Origin: a virus
Lineage: Duplodnaviria > Caudoviricetes
Strand: one strand, 5' to 3'
Length of the DNA stretch: 43,462 bases
Virus record (IMG/VR): IMGVR_UViG_3300037313_000819
Span: 1 to 43,462 of that record
A program made the translations under genes and the position numbers. The notes below the pieces were generated by a model. That model worked only from the letters and a program-made list of their open reading frames with translations, had not been told where the DNA came from and made no database searches. How positions within the stretch are numbered: the stretch's first letter is position 1; every line of letters starts with the position of its first letter. This document shows, in pieces, positions 35,151 to 43,462 of the stretch.

Positions 35151-35224
35151 TGCTGACCGTCCTCCTCGCTTGCATCGGCAAGGGCATCGGCGCGGAACTG
35201 ATGTTCCAATGGCAGGAGCGTCGT

Positions 35225-37768
35225 CTACGGCGCTTGCGTATTGCCCGAGAGGAGAAGTGGCGTCCCGAACAATCCGCCTACGCGGGACCGACGCTGAATC
35301 TGGTCCCCGATCGCTCGCGCAAGTTCTGGTCGGTCAAGCAATAGCGACGCAATGTAGGGCTGGAGCGCTTCGCTGTAGAGCGGCGCATTGACTGCGGAAC
35401 GCACGCCGTTCTGCATCGCCCCGAAGATACCCTTCCCGGCCTGGATACGCCCCGCCGTGCCGCTATCCGGCACCTTGGAGGGCAATACGTTCTGACCCGC
35501 GCGCTGGAGATCGAAGAACGGGCGATCGGTGCTCGCGGCGCTCATCTTGCCGGTGTATTTGGTGGCATTCTCTCGCGCGGCCATACCAAGCTGCGCTGGG
35601 GTGAACAGCCCTTCGGTGTTCATGCCCTTCCCGACAGCATTGGCGAGAATAGACGTATTCCTGTACGCTTTGTTCGCAGCATTGAGCTGCGGCATGACAT
35701 CAGGTGCTTGTCGCGAGACGAGGTCGGTGATCGCGTCCCCTACTCCGCCTAGCGCCTGTGAGGCGTCCTGACCCATCGCATCCGTACCGAAGTCCGCTCC
35801 CTTTATGCCTTGGAGCATATCCTGGATCTGCGAACCGTTGATTTCCGGCTGCTGCACGAACGGAGCCACACGCGTGTCCACGACGTGCTGAAATTCGGGG
35901 CCAGTGCGAGGTATCGCGGCGCCCGCCGTGCGCGCTGCCCCATAATCCGCCGCGAATGGTGCATCTGGAGTGACGCGCACACCCCCTAGAGCATTATCGT
36001 AAGACCCAGAGACCGCCTTGCGCGCTTCATCGATGCCTTGCTCCGCGACATTGCCGACACCGACTTGCCCGATCGGCTCGAGCCCTTGCTTGAATGCCTC
36101 CTGATTGAAGCCGACCACACCTTTGCGGCGAAGGTCGTTGATCGAATCGCCAACCCCGGCGTAGCCGGCAAGGCGGTCCTCACGCTTGGCGAGGCTGTCC
36201 CCAAGGCGGCCGGAGCCGCGCGTCATCTGCCCGGGGGTCATCGGCACGCCCGCTTGCCGTAGATACTGGACATCGGGATTGGTCACGCCCTTGAGCGTTG
36301 AGCCGAGCCCACGGACAGCGCCACGGCCAAGAACGCCCCCGCCAGCGCCCATTGCAGCGCCACCAAGGATCGAGCCTATCGAGCCGTCACCGGTGCCATA
36401 GCCTGCTGCTGCCCCATAGAGCGCGTCACTCGCGAGTAGGCGAGGTGCAAGCAGCCCTGCCCCACCCATTGTCGCCTTGAACGGAAGTGCTGCCTCCAAA
36501 GCGGCACCGGCCAGGGCTCCGCCGCCCAAGGTACCCGCCATCGATGAAGCCGGATTGTCAGCGGCAACCTGGCCCATCGCGGCCCGGGTAACCTCGGGAT
36601 TTGGGAAGAAGTTGGGGAGGTTGAATGCTGTCGCGGCATCGCCCGCAGACATCGCCGCCGCACCCACGGGGCTTTGCGCCAGCGTGTTGCCCAGCACGCG
36701 TGAACTGGACATAGGGATGTCCTGATTTTCGAGCTGAATCACATAACGGGTCAGCGGCACGCGCGGGTTCTGCGCTCGGAACTTCACCGCCTCGTTGACC
36801 GAGGGCGCAACACCGTCACCCAAACCGGGCTTGATGCGGTTGAGATAGCCAATGATCTCATCGGGCTTCTTACCTGCCCCAACCATGGCGCGGACATGTG
36901 CATTGACGCCACGCAGCGCCGGGTCGGCCTTGGTCTGCACCTGCGAGCCTGCCGGGGCAAGGCTAAGGTTCATCTGGCTATCGTCGCCGCCCGTCTGCCC
37001 GGGAGTATCACCCTTGGCGCTTGGCATGGGGACGATACCGTATTTCTCGGCAACCTTCGGATCGCGGTAATCCTCGCCCTGCGAAAGCGCAATGACATTG
37101 CGGTAGTGGCGCTCCACGGCGGCCAGGTTCTCGCGCAGCACATCGGGGCTCTGCGTCTGCCCCAGCGCCGCCACGCTATCCCGGAGAAGCGCACCTTCGC
37201 GCTCGGTCAGGCTGCCAAGGCCCGAGGCGCCCGTAGGCGATGCCTGCTTGAGCGCAGCCAGCTTATCCAGGGTCAGCCGAGCAGTGATCGTATTGAGGGC
37301 GCCCCCCAGATCGATCGCCGATTGCGGCTGAAGGCGCTCGGGAAGCCGAGCGGCATAGCCGGCCGCCCAACCGCCGCCGGCGTCGAGCTTTCCGCGTGCG
37401 TTCTGGATAGCAGTCAACACCTCGTCATTGGCGAGATTGAGCTGCGCTTTCTGCTGGGCCGGGTTCGCCGTCGCCTGCGCAGCGGCGAGATCGCGCTGCG
37501 CCTTGACCGCCTCCGATTCCGCCTTCGCGGCATCCGCGGCGGCCTTGCGCGCATCGTAGGGCGCAGTGGCACCTCGGGTCGCCAGATCCTGCTGGGTCCT
37601 GTTCAGGGTAGCGCGGCGCTGCGCGTCCTCCACCGGGTCTTGGGGAAGCGTGAATACCTGCCCGGCCTGCTGAGGCTGATCGGCATAGCCGACCACCTTC
37701 ACCTTCCCGTTGCCGAGATCCTGATAGACTACGCCGTCCTGGACGAAGGTGCGATCCTGCATCGTCAT
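35225..37768 (-). CDS. Large DNA ejection (internal virion) protein
   Basis: 847 aa A/G/Q-rich; [13 protein letters not shown] motif; position. Confidence 0.75.
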   Translation of the reverse strand: MTMQDRTFVQDGVVYQDLGNGKVKVVGYADQPQQAGQVFTLPQDPVEDAQRRATLNRTQQDLATRGATAPYDARKAAADAAKAESEAVKAQRDLAAAQATANPAQQKAQLNLANDEVLTAIQNARGKLDAGGGWAAGYAARLPERLQPQSAIDLGGALNTITARLTLDKLAALKQASPTGASGLGSLTEREGALLRDSVAALGQTQSPDVLRENLAAVERHYRNVIALSQGEDYRDPKVAEKYGIVPMPSAKGDTPGQTGGDDSQMNLSLAPAGSQVQTKADPALRGVNAHVRAMVGAGKKPDEIIGYLNRIKPGLGDGVAPSVNEAVKFRAQNPRVPLTRYVIQLENQDIPMSSSRVLGNTLAQSPVGAAAMSAGDAATAFNLPNFFPNPEVTRAAMGQVAADNPASSMAGTLGGGALAGAALEAALPFKATMGGAGLLAPRLLASDALYGAAAGYGTGDGSIGSILGGAAMGAGGGVLGRGAVRGLGSTLKGVTNPDVQYLRQAGVPMTPGQMTRGSGRLGDSLAKREDRLAGYAGVGDSINDLRRKGVVGFNQEAFKQGLEPIGQVGVGNVAEQGIDEARKAVSGSYDNALGGVRVTPDAPFAADYGAARTAGAAIPRTGPEFQHVVDTRVAPFVQQPEINGSQIQDMLQGIKGADFGTDAMGQDASQALGGVGDAITDLVSRQAPDVMPQLNAANKAYRNTSILANAVGKGMNTEGLFTPAQLGMAARENATKYTGKMSAASTDRPFFDLQRAGQNVLPSKVPDSGTAGRIQAGKGIFGAMQNGVRSAVNAPLYSEALQPYIASLLLDRPELARAIGDQIQRRSRVGGLFGTPLLLSGNTQAP

Positions 37769-38016
37769 TTCCTCAATCCAGTAATACCGCGGCGGCCATA
37801 ATATGGTGCGTTCAAGCCCGTGCCCTGTACGTGGTTATGGTCGCCCTCGGGGATGATCTTCACACCGGGCCCGAAATATCCGCGGAGTTGCTCAACCGTT
37901 GCCCCGACATAATCTGCCGCGTCACCGGTCAGATGGCGGCTGTTCGGCATCCCGCCCACGATCTGATTACCCGCGGGGGTGCGGCGCCCGCTTGTGATCC
38001 TGCCTGGTGCCCTCAT
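37765..38016 (-). CDS. Peptidase M15 (D-Ala-D-Ala/Hedgehog-like) domain
   Basis: ITSG.R....N..VGG..NSRHLTG.AAD...HNH; possibly expressed by +1 frameshift. Confidence 0.8.
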   Translation of the reverse strand: MRAPGRITSGRRTPAGNQIVGGMPNSRHLTGDAADYVGATVEQLRGYFGPGVKIIPEGDHNHVQGTGLNAPYYGRRGITGLRK

Positions 38017-38020
38017 TGGG

Positions 38021-38605
38021 TCAGGGAAAGGTGCGCGGACCAGCAGGGCCCGCACCTCCTTGCAAACGGGGGTCGGGAAGCTCTGCACCGATCGCCGGGC
38101 GCTGCGCAGCCGGTGCGCCGCCGCCACCCCCAAGAGCAGCCGCCAAGCCGGAACGGGGGCCGCTATAGACCCGATTGCCGGGGAGCGTCACGGTCACGAT
38201 CGGATCGCTAGCGCTCTTCAGCCATTCGTCGGCGCCCTGCTGGCCCAGGATCTGCTTGCGGAAGTTGTAATCGTTCACCGTATCGTTGTTGATCGGCTCC
38301 GGATGATCGATCTTCCACTGCTGCTCCGCCTGCCACTGCGCCGCAGCATCAGCCGTGCGTTGCCGCTGCTGCCGCTCCGCCTGCTGCATCTGGGCCTGCA
38401 GTTGCTGGCGCTGCATGAGCTGCGGGATGAACGTCGCCTGCCCGCCGCCCCAAGTGCTGAGCGCGTCTCCGAGGCCACCGATGATGCGGTGGAGCGCGTT
38501 GGGAGGCTGATACTCGGGCGTATCCTGCGGAACTTCCTGCCCCGGATACGGTGGTGCGTTGGTCTTGCGGTTGAATGGACCGCCCATGCCGCCGAAAAGC
38601 CCCAT
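38021..38605 (-). CDS. Ejection/internal virion protein
   Basis: G/Q-rich; ends TTT-CCC-TGA. Confidence 0.7.
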   Translation of the reverse strand: MGLFGGMGGPFNRKTNAPPYPGQEVPQDTPEYQPPNALHRIIGGLGDALSTWGGGQATFIPQLMQRQQLQAQMQQAERQQRQRTADAAAQWQAEQQWKIDHPEPINNDTVNDYNFRKQILGQQGADEWLKSASDPIVTVTLPGNRVYSGPRSGLAAALGGGGGAPAAQRPAIGAELPDPRLQGGAGPAGPRTFP

Positions 38606-38608
38606 GGC

Positions 38609-39268
38609 TCAGCCCCCCATCGCGAACGAGGACGCGGCGTTGCCGGCCATCTGCGCCAGAAGCGCGCCGAGCGACGGGCTCTGCTTGGTGTTCGTATACT
38701 GCCCGAGCAAGCCGCCGATAGTCTGCGCGTAGTTGTTCGTCGCCGAGAAGGGCAGTTCCGTGCCCGCCTGCGCCGCTGCCAGCACCGGCGAGATGCCCGC
38801 ATAGTCCGCGGCGGCCAAGCCAGGCGCCAGCGATGCCGCCGAACCCATACGGTCGCGTTCGGCACTGTAATCGCCGTAGCGCAGACCCGTCTCGTTCTTC
38901 GCCAGCTCGCGGGCAAGAAGCGAGGTCTGGATGTCCCCGCCCGTCCGACCACGGGTGCCTAGCGAGCCGTTGACCTTGTTGGCAACATCCGAATTGGTGT
39001 TGTCGATCATGCCCTGGAGATAGGGGTTGCCCTGATCCAGATACTTCCCGCCCAGAACGTCGGTCGCATAGCCGGTCGCGGCCTTCACGGCGGGATTGCC
39101 CGCCTGATACTTCTCGATCAGCCCCGGAATGAGCCCTTGGACGCTGTTGGCGATGCCCTGCACCGCACCCGCGTTCTGGTTGTAATTCTGCGTGACCGTA
39201 TTGGCCGCGCCCTCGATCTGCTTCGAGTACACCGGCTTGGTCGAGCTTTTCGAGCTGGAAAGGCCCAT
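38609..39268 (-). CDS. Ejection/internal virion protein
   Basis: MG.SSSKS, G.YL..GNPYL, G/A-rich. Confidence 0.75.
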   Translation of the reverse strand: MGLSSSKSSTKPVYSKQIEGAANTVTQNYNQNAGAVQGIANSVQGLIPGLIEKYQAGNPAVKAATGYATDVLGGKYLDQGNPYLQGMIDNTNSDVANKVNGSLGTRGRTGGDIQTSLLARELAKNETGLRYGDYSAERDRMGSAASLAPGLAAADYAGISPVLAAAQAGTELPFSATNNYAQTIGGLLGQYTNTKQSPSLGALLAQMAGNAASSFAMGG

Positions 39269-39622
39269 CTACAGTTCCTTCCGAATGGTCGTCTGGTAAA
39301 GTTCGTATCCGTGGGGCTTCATGACGCGCGCCCAGCCTTCCCGGCTTTCGATCGTCGCGGTGATGCAACCGGCTTCCCGACCCCATTTCTCGGCCGCCGG
39401 GATGAGCGAATGGACGATCGCCGCCATGTTTCCCGCAGCCGCCAGCCCGTGCACTTCCATCGCGCCTGTGGGATAGGTCTTCAGCATCACCAGCACCGCC
39501 GCATCATCGGTGGCGAGCAGGTGCACCCGCCCAGCCTCAATCTCGCCGTCCAGCCATTCGATCGTGTAGAAGCGCTGGTCCAGAAGCCATTCGAATGCCG
39601 GGCGCCACTGGTCCCAGCTCAT
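39269..39622 (-). CDS. GNAT-like tail-module protein
   Basis: E.WGREAGC.....SR.GW.RV....GY. Confidence 0.7.
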   Translation of the reverse strand: MSWDQWRPAFEWLLDQRFYTIEWLDGEIEAGRVHLLATDDAAVLVMLKTYPTGAMEVHGLAAAGNMAAIVHSLIPAAEKWGREAGCITATIESREGWARVMKPHGYELYQTTIRKEL

Positions 39623-39828
39623 TTCAGGCGATCCGACACGACTTCGAGGGCATCAGCGATCGCCTGGACTTCAGCCTGTGTCGGCGGATTGCTGATCGTG
39701 GGCGCCGTATAGATCGTGGCCCCGTCCTTCTCGACGGTGCTGCCAAGCAGGAACTTGACGGCGTTTGCGACCTTGCGGGGCCAGTCCATGCTTTTCCCAT
39801 CGACCGGGACGAGCAGATCCTTTCTCAT
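39619..39828 (-). CDS. Small tail-module protein
   Basis: MRKDLLVP...PTQAEVQAI; coupled. Confidence 0.65.
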   Translation of the reverse strand: MRKDLLVPVDGKSMDWPRKVANAVKFLLGSTVEKDGATIYTAPTISNPPTQAEVQAIADALEVVSDRLK

Positions 39829-41240
39829 CGCTCGCCGCCCGGCGCGAAGGTCGGATACCGGCCCTGGAAATAGCTCCACGGCGTGCCGGCGGCGATATCC
39901 CAAGTCTCCGAGATGTACCGCCCGGAGCACCGGATAGGCACCCGCCCTGAAGGACGGATCGTCCCGGAAGAGGTCGTGCTTGCGTCGTCTCCCAGCCGCG
40001 CTCTAGCGTCTAGCGTGAGCGTCACGCCGCTGATCATGTCGCCTACCGGAGTGATGTCCTGCATCCGCGAGCGGTTGGCCGCGAAGAGCTCAGAAAAACC
40101 AACCTTCAGCCTGGCCGCCATCGGTTCCCCGGTAAAGGTACCGAGCACCCGGTCATTATCGACGATGAACAGTCGCGGCGCGCCGCCAGTGAAGCGAGGA
40201 TCGTCCAGTGAGTAGGGAATGTGATCAAGGTCGGCGTACAGCGCCCCGACTTCCTCGAGCGACAGGGAGGGCGTGAAGCCGGGGAAAATGCCCTGCATGC
40301 CGGTCTTTGCCGTGCTCCAGCGGTCGAGCACCCAATTATAGATCCATGCCTTGCCGGGTTGTCCGGGAACGACCCACCACACCAGCGTATTCTGAGGGTC
40401 TACCGCAGAAAACAGGCGTTCGTAATCGTCCCGGCTGACTTCGGCCTGAAAGCTGCGGTCGACCTTCTCGTTGCCGATCGGACGCACCCCGGAACCATCC
40501 TCCAGCGCCATGAAGCCGCGATCCGAGAGGAAGAAGACCGATCTACCAGCCTGAGCCACCGAGCCCTTGGATGCGCAGCCCACATTCGGCGTGATCTCCA
40601 CGAACGAAAAGGCGTCCGTACCGTCCCCGGTGCGTTCCATGCGGACCATGCGCTGGCGCTGGAGGATCACCCCATATTCGCCACCACCGATCCCCATCAC
40701 CTCGCCGCCGGTCAACATGGGCTGGAAGCCGGATTGATCCACCCCCGGCGTCCAGCCCGTATGGTCGTTGAACGCCGACCATTGAACCTTCAGCAAATCC
40801 CCATCGGCCTGTCCGATGACGACGAAATCCCCGACAACGGCGATGCTCGTACCGGTTGGCGCCCCGGCAAGCGCCGAATCCGTGCCGGCGTTCAAATCCA
40901 CTACGCGGGTAGCCGTGCCGTTGACTGCGAGCAGGTAATCGCCAAACTGCGCGAAGTGCCAGCGCCCGGCGGTGAGGCCGGTAACGAGGCTGGTCCATTC
41001 GCCCGCCGCAAGCCGGTACAGGTCTGTCGCAGTGCCCGCCACGAGATAGGACGTGCCATCGGTTGCAATGACCGCGGTACCGCCCTGAAAGTCCTCATCC
41101 AGCGCGTCCGCAGCGCTGATCAATGCCCCGATCGGGCGGTATCCATCCGCGGCGGGGTAGACGTTCTCCGCGACCTGCATGGTTCCGCTGATCAGCGATT
41201 GATCGGGAAGGAATGGCGGGAGCGGGAGGAACTTCTTCAC
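39825..41240 (-). CDS. Tail nozzle/tubular protein (P22 gp10-like)
   Basis: 471 aa, beta-propeller-like, W.FAQFG, VQWS, GC.S..SV, FFLS.RGF. Confidence 0.75.
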   Translation of the reverse strand: MKKFLPLPPFLPDQSLISGTMQVAENVYPAADGYRPIGALISAADALDEDFQGGTAVIATDGTSYLVAGTATDLYRLAAGEWTSLVTGLTAGRWHFAQFGDYLLAVNGTATRVVDLNAGTDSALAGAPTGTSIAVVGDFVVIGQADGDLLKVQWSAFNDHTGWTPGVDQSGFQPMLTGGEVMGIGGGEYGVILQRQRMVRMERTGDGTDAFSFVEITPNVGCASKGSVAQAGRSVFFLSDRGFMALEDGSGVRPIGNEKVDRSFQAEVSRDDYERLFSAVDPQNTLVWWVVPGQPGKAWIYNWVLDRWSTAKTGMQGIFPGFTPSLSLEEVGALYADLDHIPYSLDDPRFTGGAPRLFIVDNDRVLGTFTGEPMAARLKVGFSELFAANRSRMQDITPVGDMISGVTLTLDARARLGDDASTTSSGTIRPSGRVPIRCSGRYISETWDIAAGTPWSYFQGRYPTFAPGGER

Positions 41241-41887
41241 ACGCAGACCGGGTTGCGCAGGCGCAGCGGAGAAGCAGAGGCGCGGTACCGGTTGCCGGCC
41301 GCGTTGAACATGGCCACCGCTTCATCCAGTGCAGTCTTCCACACCGGCAAGCGCTGGTCGTTGACGATATGAGCCTCCGCCTGGAGCAGCGAGGCGTAGA
41401 CATAGATGTCGGCCCTGCGGGTCAGCAGCCAGTTGGTCTGGTTCACGTCCGACAGGGGCACAAGGTCCGACAGATAGGTGAGCGAGATCGAATAGGCGGC
41501 GTCAGGGACAGGGCCGATCAGCATCAATCCATTGAGGATCGCGAAGGATTGCGGCTGACCAGAGCCCGTCGTCCAGCGCTCGCGCATGGTCGCAGGAGAA
41601 ACCGGCTCGAGGATGCACAGCGGGTCAGCCACAAGATGGGCGGAGCGAAGCTGGCTGAATCCATTGGGAAGCGCGACACTCTCCACGGCCGCCGTCGTGG
41701 TCACCAATGAGGTCACCTCGCCGAACGGGTGCGTGATGGCGTCGCCAAGCCAGAACTCGGCCATGCGGATGAAATTGGGGATCTGCAGGGTCAGATCGTC
41801 GCGATCCATCTTCTCGGCGATATGCTCTTTCAGCTGCGCGTAGGTGCTGATGGAGCCGGCGGGATCGATGGACAGGGCAAGGCTCAT
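41237..41887 (-). CDS. Head-tail adaptor protein
   Basis: TY..LK..IA....RDDLT..IP.FI..AE, P.PDAAY, TNWLL....D.Y.Y..L. Confidence 0.8.
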   Translation of the reverse strand: MSLALSIDPAGSISTYAQLKEHIAEKMDRDDLTLQIPNFIRMAEFWLGDAITHPFGEVTSLVTTTAAVESVALPNGFSQLRSAHLVADPLCILEPVSPATMRERWTTGSGQPQSFAILNGLMLIGPVPDAAYSISLTYLSDLVPLSDVNQTNWLLTRRADIYVYASLLQAEAHIVNDQRLPVWKTALDEAVAMFNAAGNRYRASASPLRLRNPVCV

Positions 41888-42669
41888 GCTGCTTCTGCCT
41901 CTAGTTCATCGATCCGCTTCTGGTATTTCATCGCCATACCGACGCGCTTGACCTCCCACTTTTCCCGGTGGGCCACGGCATGGGCGTTGGTCAGGATCTG
42001 CTTGGAGACGTGCCCGACCATCCAGCTAAGCTTGTGGTCGCACCAGACGGTAAGCCCGGCGGCGCGGCACTTGCCGAAGAAATAGACATCCTCGCCTATC
42101 ATCGTACGATAATCTTCGGTGGGCTCGAACATGAAGAGCGGCAGGAAGGTGCTTTTGCCTTCCTTCTCCGCCTGGACCTGCAAGGCGTCGAGCACGCTCA
42201 TCTTCATGAGGCACAGCCCGAAGCCCAGATGCTCGACTTCCTCCAGCACATGCGCGTCGGCCTTCTCCTCGGTGGTGTAGAGGAGGCCCTTGACGCCATC
42301 CACCACTTCCTTGGTGCAGGCCGTCGGGGCGGTCGGCGTCGTGCGACGCGCATAGTTACAGCCGACGATATCCTTCCCGTGCGCCCACAGCCGGCAAAGC
42401 GCATCCGCCGGGAACACATGGTCGGCGTCTGCCCACAGCATGTAGTCCGCGCCGGAATTGAGCGCTTCGGCGCAAAGGCGATGGCGGCCCTCGGTCAGCA
42501 TGGACGAGGACACCACGAAGGTATCGATCTGCTTCTCGTAGGGATCGCCATGCTCGTCGGCGATGTGGGCCTCGTAGAAGCATGAAATCATCGACGCGAG
42601 GCTCTGGAGGAAAAGCGCCTCCGGATTGCCATAGACCGGGACGCATATCGCGATCTTCAACTTTGCCAT
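41884..42669 (-). CDS. GT-A (family 2-like) glycosyltransferase
   Basis: IAICVP.Y, YMLWADAD (DxD), GFG.CLM, GEDVYFF, GH. Confidence 0.8.
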   Translation of the reverse strand: MAKLKIAICVPVYGNPEALFLQSLASMISCFYEAHIADEHGDPYEKQIDTFVVSSSMLTEGRHRLCAEALNSGADYMLWADADHVFPADALCRLWAHGKDIVGCNYARRTTPTAPTACTKEVVDGVKGLLYTTEEKADAHVLEEVEHLGFGLCLMKMSVLDALQVQAEKEGKSTFLPLFMFEPTEDYRTMIGEDVYFFGKCRAAGLTVWCDHKLSWMVGHVSKQILTNAHAVAHREKWEVKRVGMAMKYQKRIDELEAEAA

Positions 42670-42962
42670 CAGGCGCGGCCCTTCCATGTGCGGTAGCAGG
42701 CGTTTTCCGGATCGTTCATCCACCGCTTCCACGCCGCCTTGTCGTGGAACCAGCCTTCGTTGAACGCTTGGTCCAGCACGGTCTTGGGCACGAACGCGGC
42801 GTGCCTGAAGTCCTTGTGCGGGGCCTGCTCGCCGACGATCTTGGCAGCCTCGATGATGTGCGACACGTCCTGGCGCGTCTCGACCCGGGTAATCCCGTCC
42901 TGCGTGTGCCGGATGACCTTGCGCATCTCATCGGGCACGAGGTCGAGAAGGTCGCTGATCAT
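42669..42962 (-). CDS. Conserved head-module hypothetical protein
   Basis: QDVS.II, RH.A.VP, W.NDPEN...RT..G. Confidence 0.75.
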   Translation of the reverse strand: MISDLLDLVPDEMRKVIRHTQDGITRVETRQDVSHIIEAAKIVGEQAPHKDFRHAAFVPKTVLDQAFNEGWFHDKAAWKRWMNDPENACYRTWKGRA

Positions 42963-43237
42963 GCGGTGATCGCGCCGATCTTGTAGCCGCGGTTCAGGCG
43001 GAGCCACAGCACCTCGTTGGCAGCGAGATAGGTGTTGGTGTTGGCGGCGGCAGTTGGGTTCGCAGAGGTGGCGATCCAATGCGCCGTATCAGACTGGATC
43101 TTGGCAACGCAGCCCATTTTGGGGTTGGCTGTCGACTGCGCATTACTAGCAGAGGTCGTTACCGTCTCTGCGCCTAGATCGTCATAGGCGCATTCCTTGT
43201 CCGACCCGCCGAAATAGGAGATGAAGAGACTTGCCAT
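42959..43237 (-). CDS. Small virion-module protein
   Basis: 92 aa directly after capsid; SD GGGAG. Confidence 0.7.
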   Translation of the reverse strand: MASLFISYFGGSDKECAYDDLGAETVTTSASNAQSTANPKMGCVAKIQSDTAHWIATSANPTAAANTNTYLAANEVLWLRLNRGYKIGAITA

Positions 43238-43251
43238 TCAGAGCACTCCCG

Positions 43252-43284
43252 AAAGGAGGCGGGCCGGCCGAAGCCAGCCCGCCC
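43252..43284 (-). terminator. Hairpin/terminator after capsid gene
   Basis: GGGCGGGCTGGC-TTCG-GCCGGCCCGCCT followed by CCTTT. Confidence 0.55.
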
Positions 43285-43289
43285 ATGGG

Positions 43290-43462
43290 TTACGAGGTGG
43301 CGAGGTCGAAAATGCCCGCATGCGCGTCCGGATGGCGCATCTCCAGCGTGTATTCGCTGATGAGATCGCGGGTCACGGCGTCACCGACGCGGCCCAGTTC
43401 CTGCGGCTCGAACATGCGCAGACCCGAGACGGCGACCTTCGTGGTGTCGACCACGAACGTGT
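43290..43462 (-). CDS. Major capsid protein, 3' part
   Basis: ...EYTLEMRHPDAHAGIFDLATS*; in frame with 1-905 across the overlap. Confidence 0.9.
   Translation of the reverse strand, partial: TFVVDTTKVAVSGLRMFEPQELGRVGDAVTRDLISEYTLEMRHPDAHAGIFDLATS

Noticed and set aside
43336-43462. Biological direct terminal repeat
   Set aside because: 127 nt equals a common assembler k-mer and it interrupts the capsid gene; best explained as circular overlap

Overview
Apparently complete genome of a temperate, lambdoid-organised podovirus-type phage: about 43,335 bp circular, with bases 1-127 repeated at 43336-43462 as an assembly overlap. The host is most likely a sphingomonad alphaproteobacterium (inferred from a PEPxxWA-CTERM gene and the GC-rich sequence). 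Minus-strand arm: cro, cII-like gene, DNA methyltransferase, RusA, HTH replication initiator with iterons, Q-like gene with a pR'/tR' signal, terminase, portal, scaffold, major capsid (split across the contig ends), a glycosyltransferase, tail adaptor and nozzle, ejection proteins, an SGNH tailspike, a lysis cassette (holin, GH19-like endolysin, Rz/Rz1), a second large fibre or depolymerase and a PEP-CTERM moron. Plus-strand arm: cI, a long pL operon of small mosaic genes (including ERF and YqaJ), xis, tyrosine integrase, an intact attP (3' half of tRNA-Val(TAC)) and more accessory genes. The most unusual signal is a family of six ~80-87 nt multi-hairpin elements with compensatory base changes, conserved A·G mismatches and GNA triloops, which suggests folded ssDNA. 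They sit in frame at the ends of accessory ORFs, and two ORFs are bracketed by inverted pairs, so this is a candidate undescribed cassette system. Also notable: a CCC-UGA +1 frameshift site that would fuse an ejection protein to an M15 peptidase.
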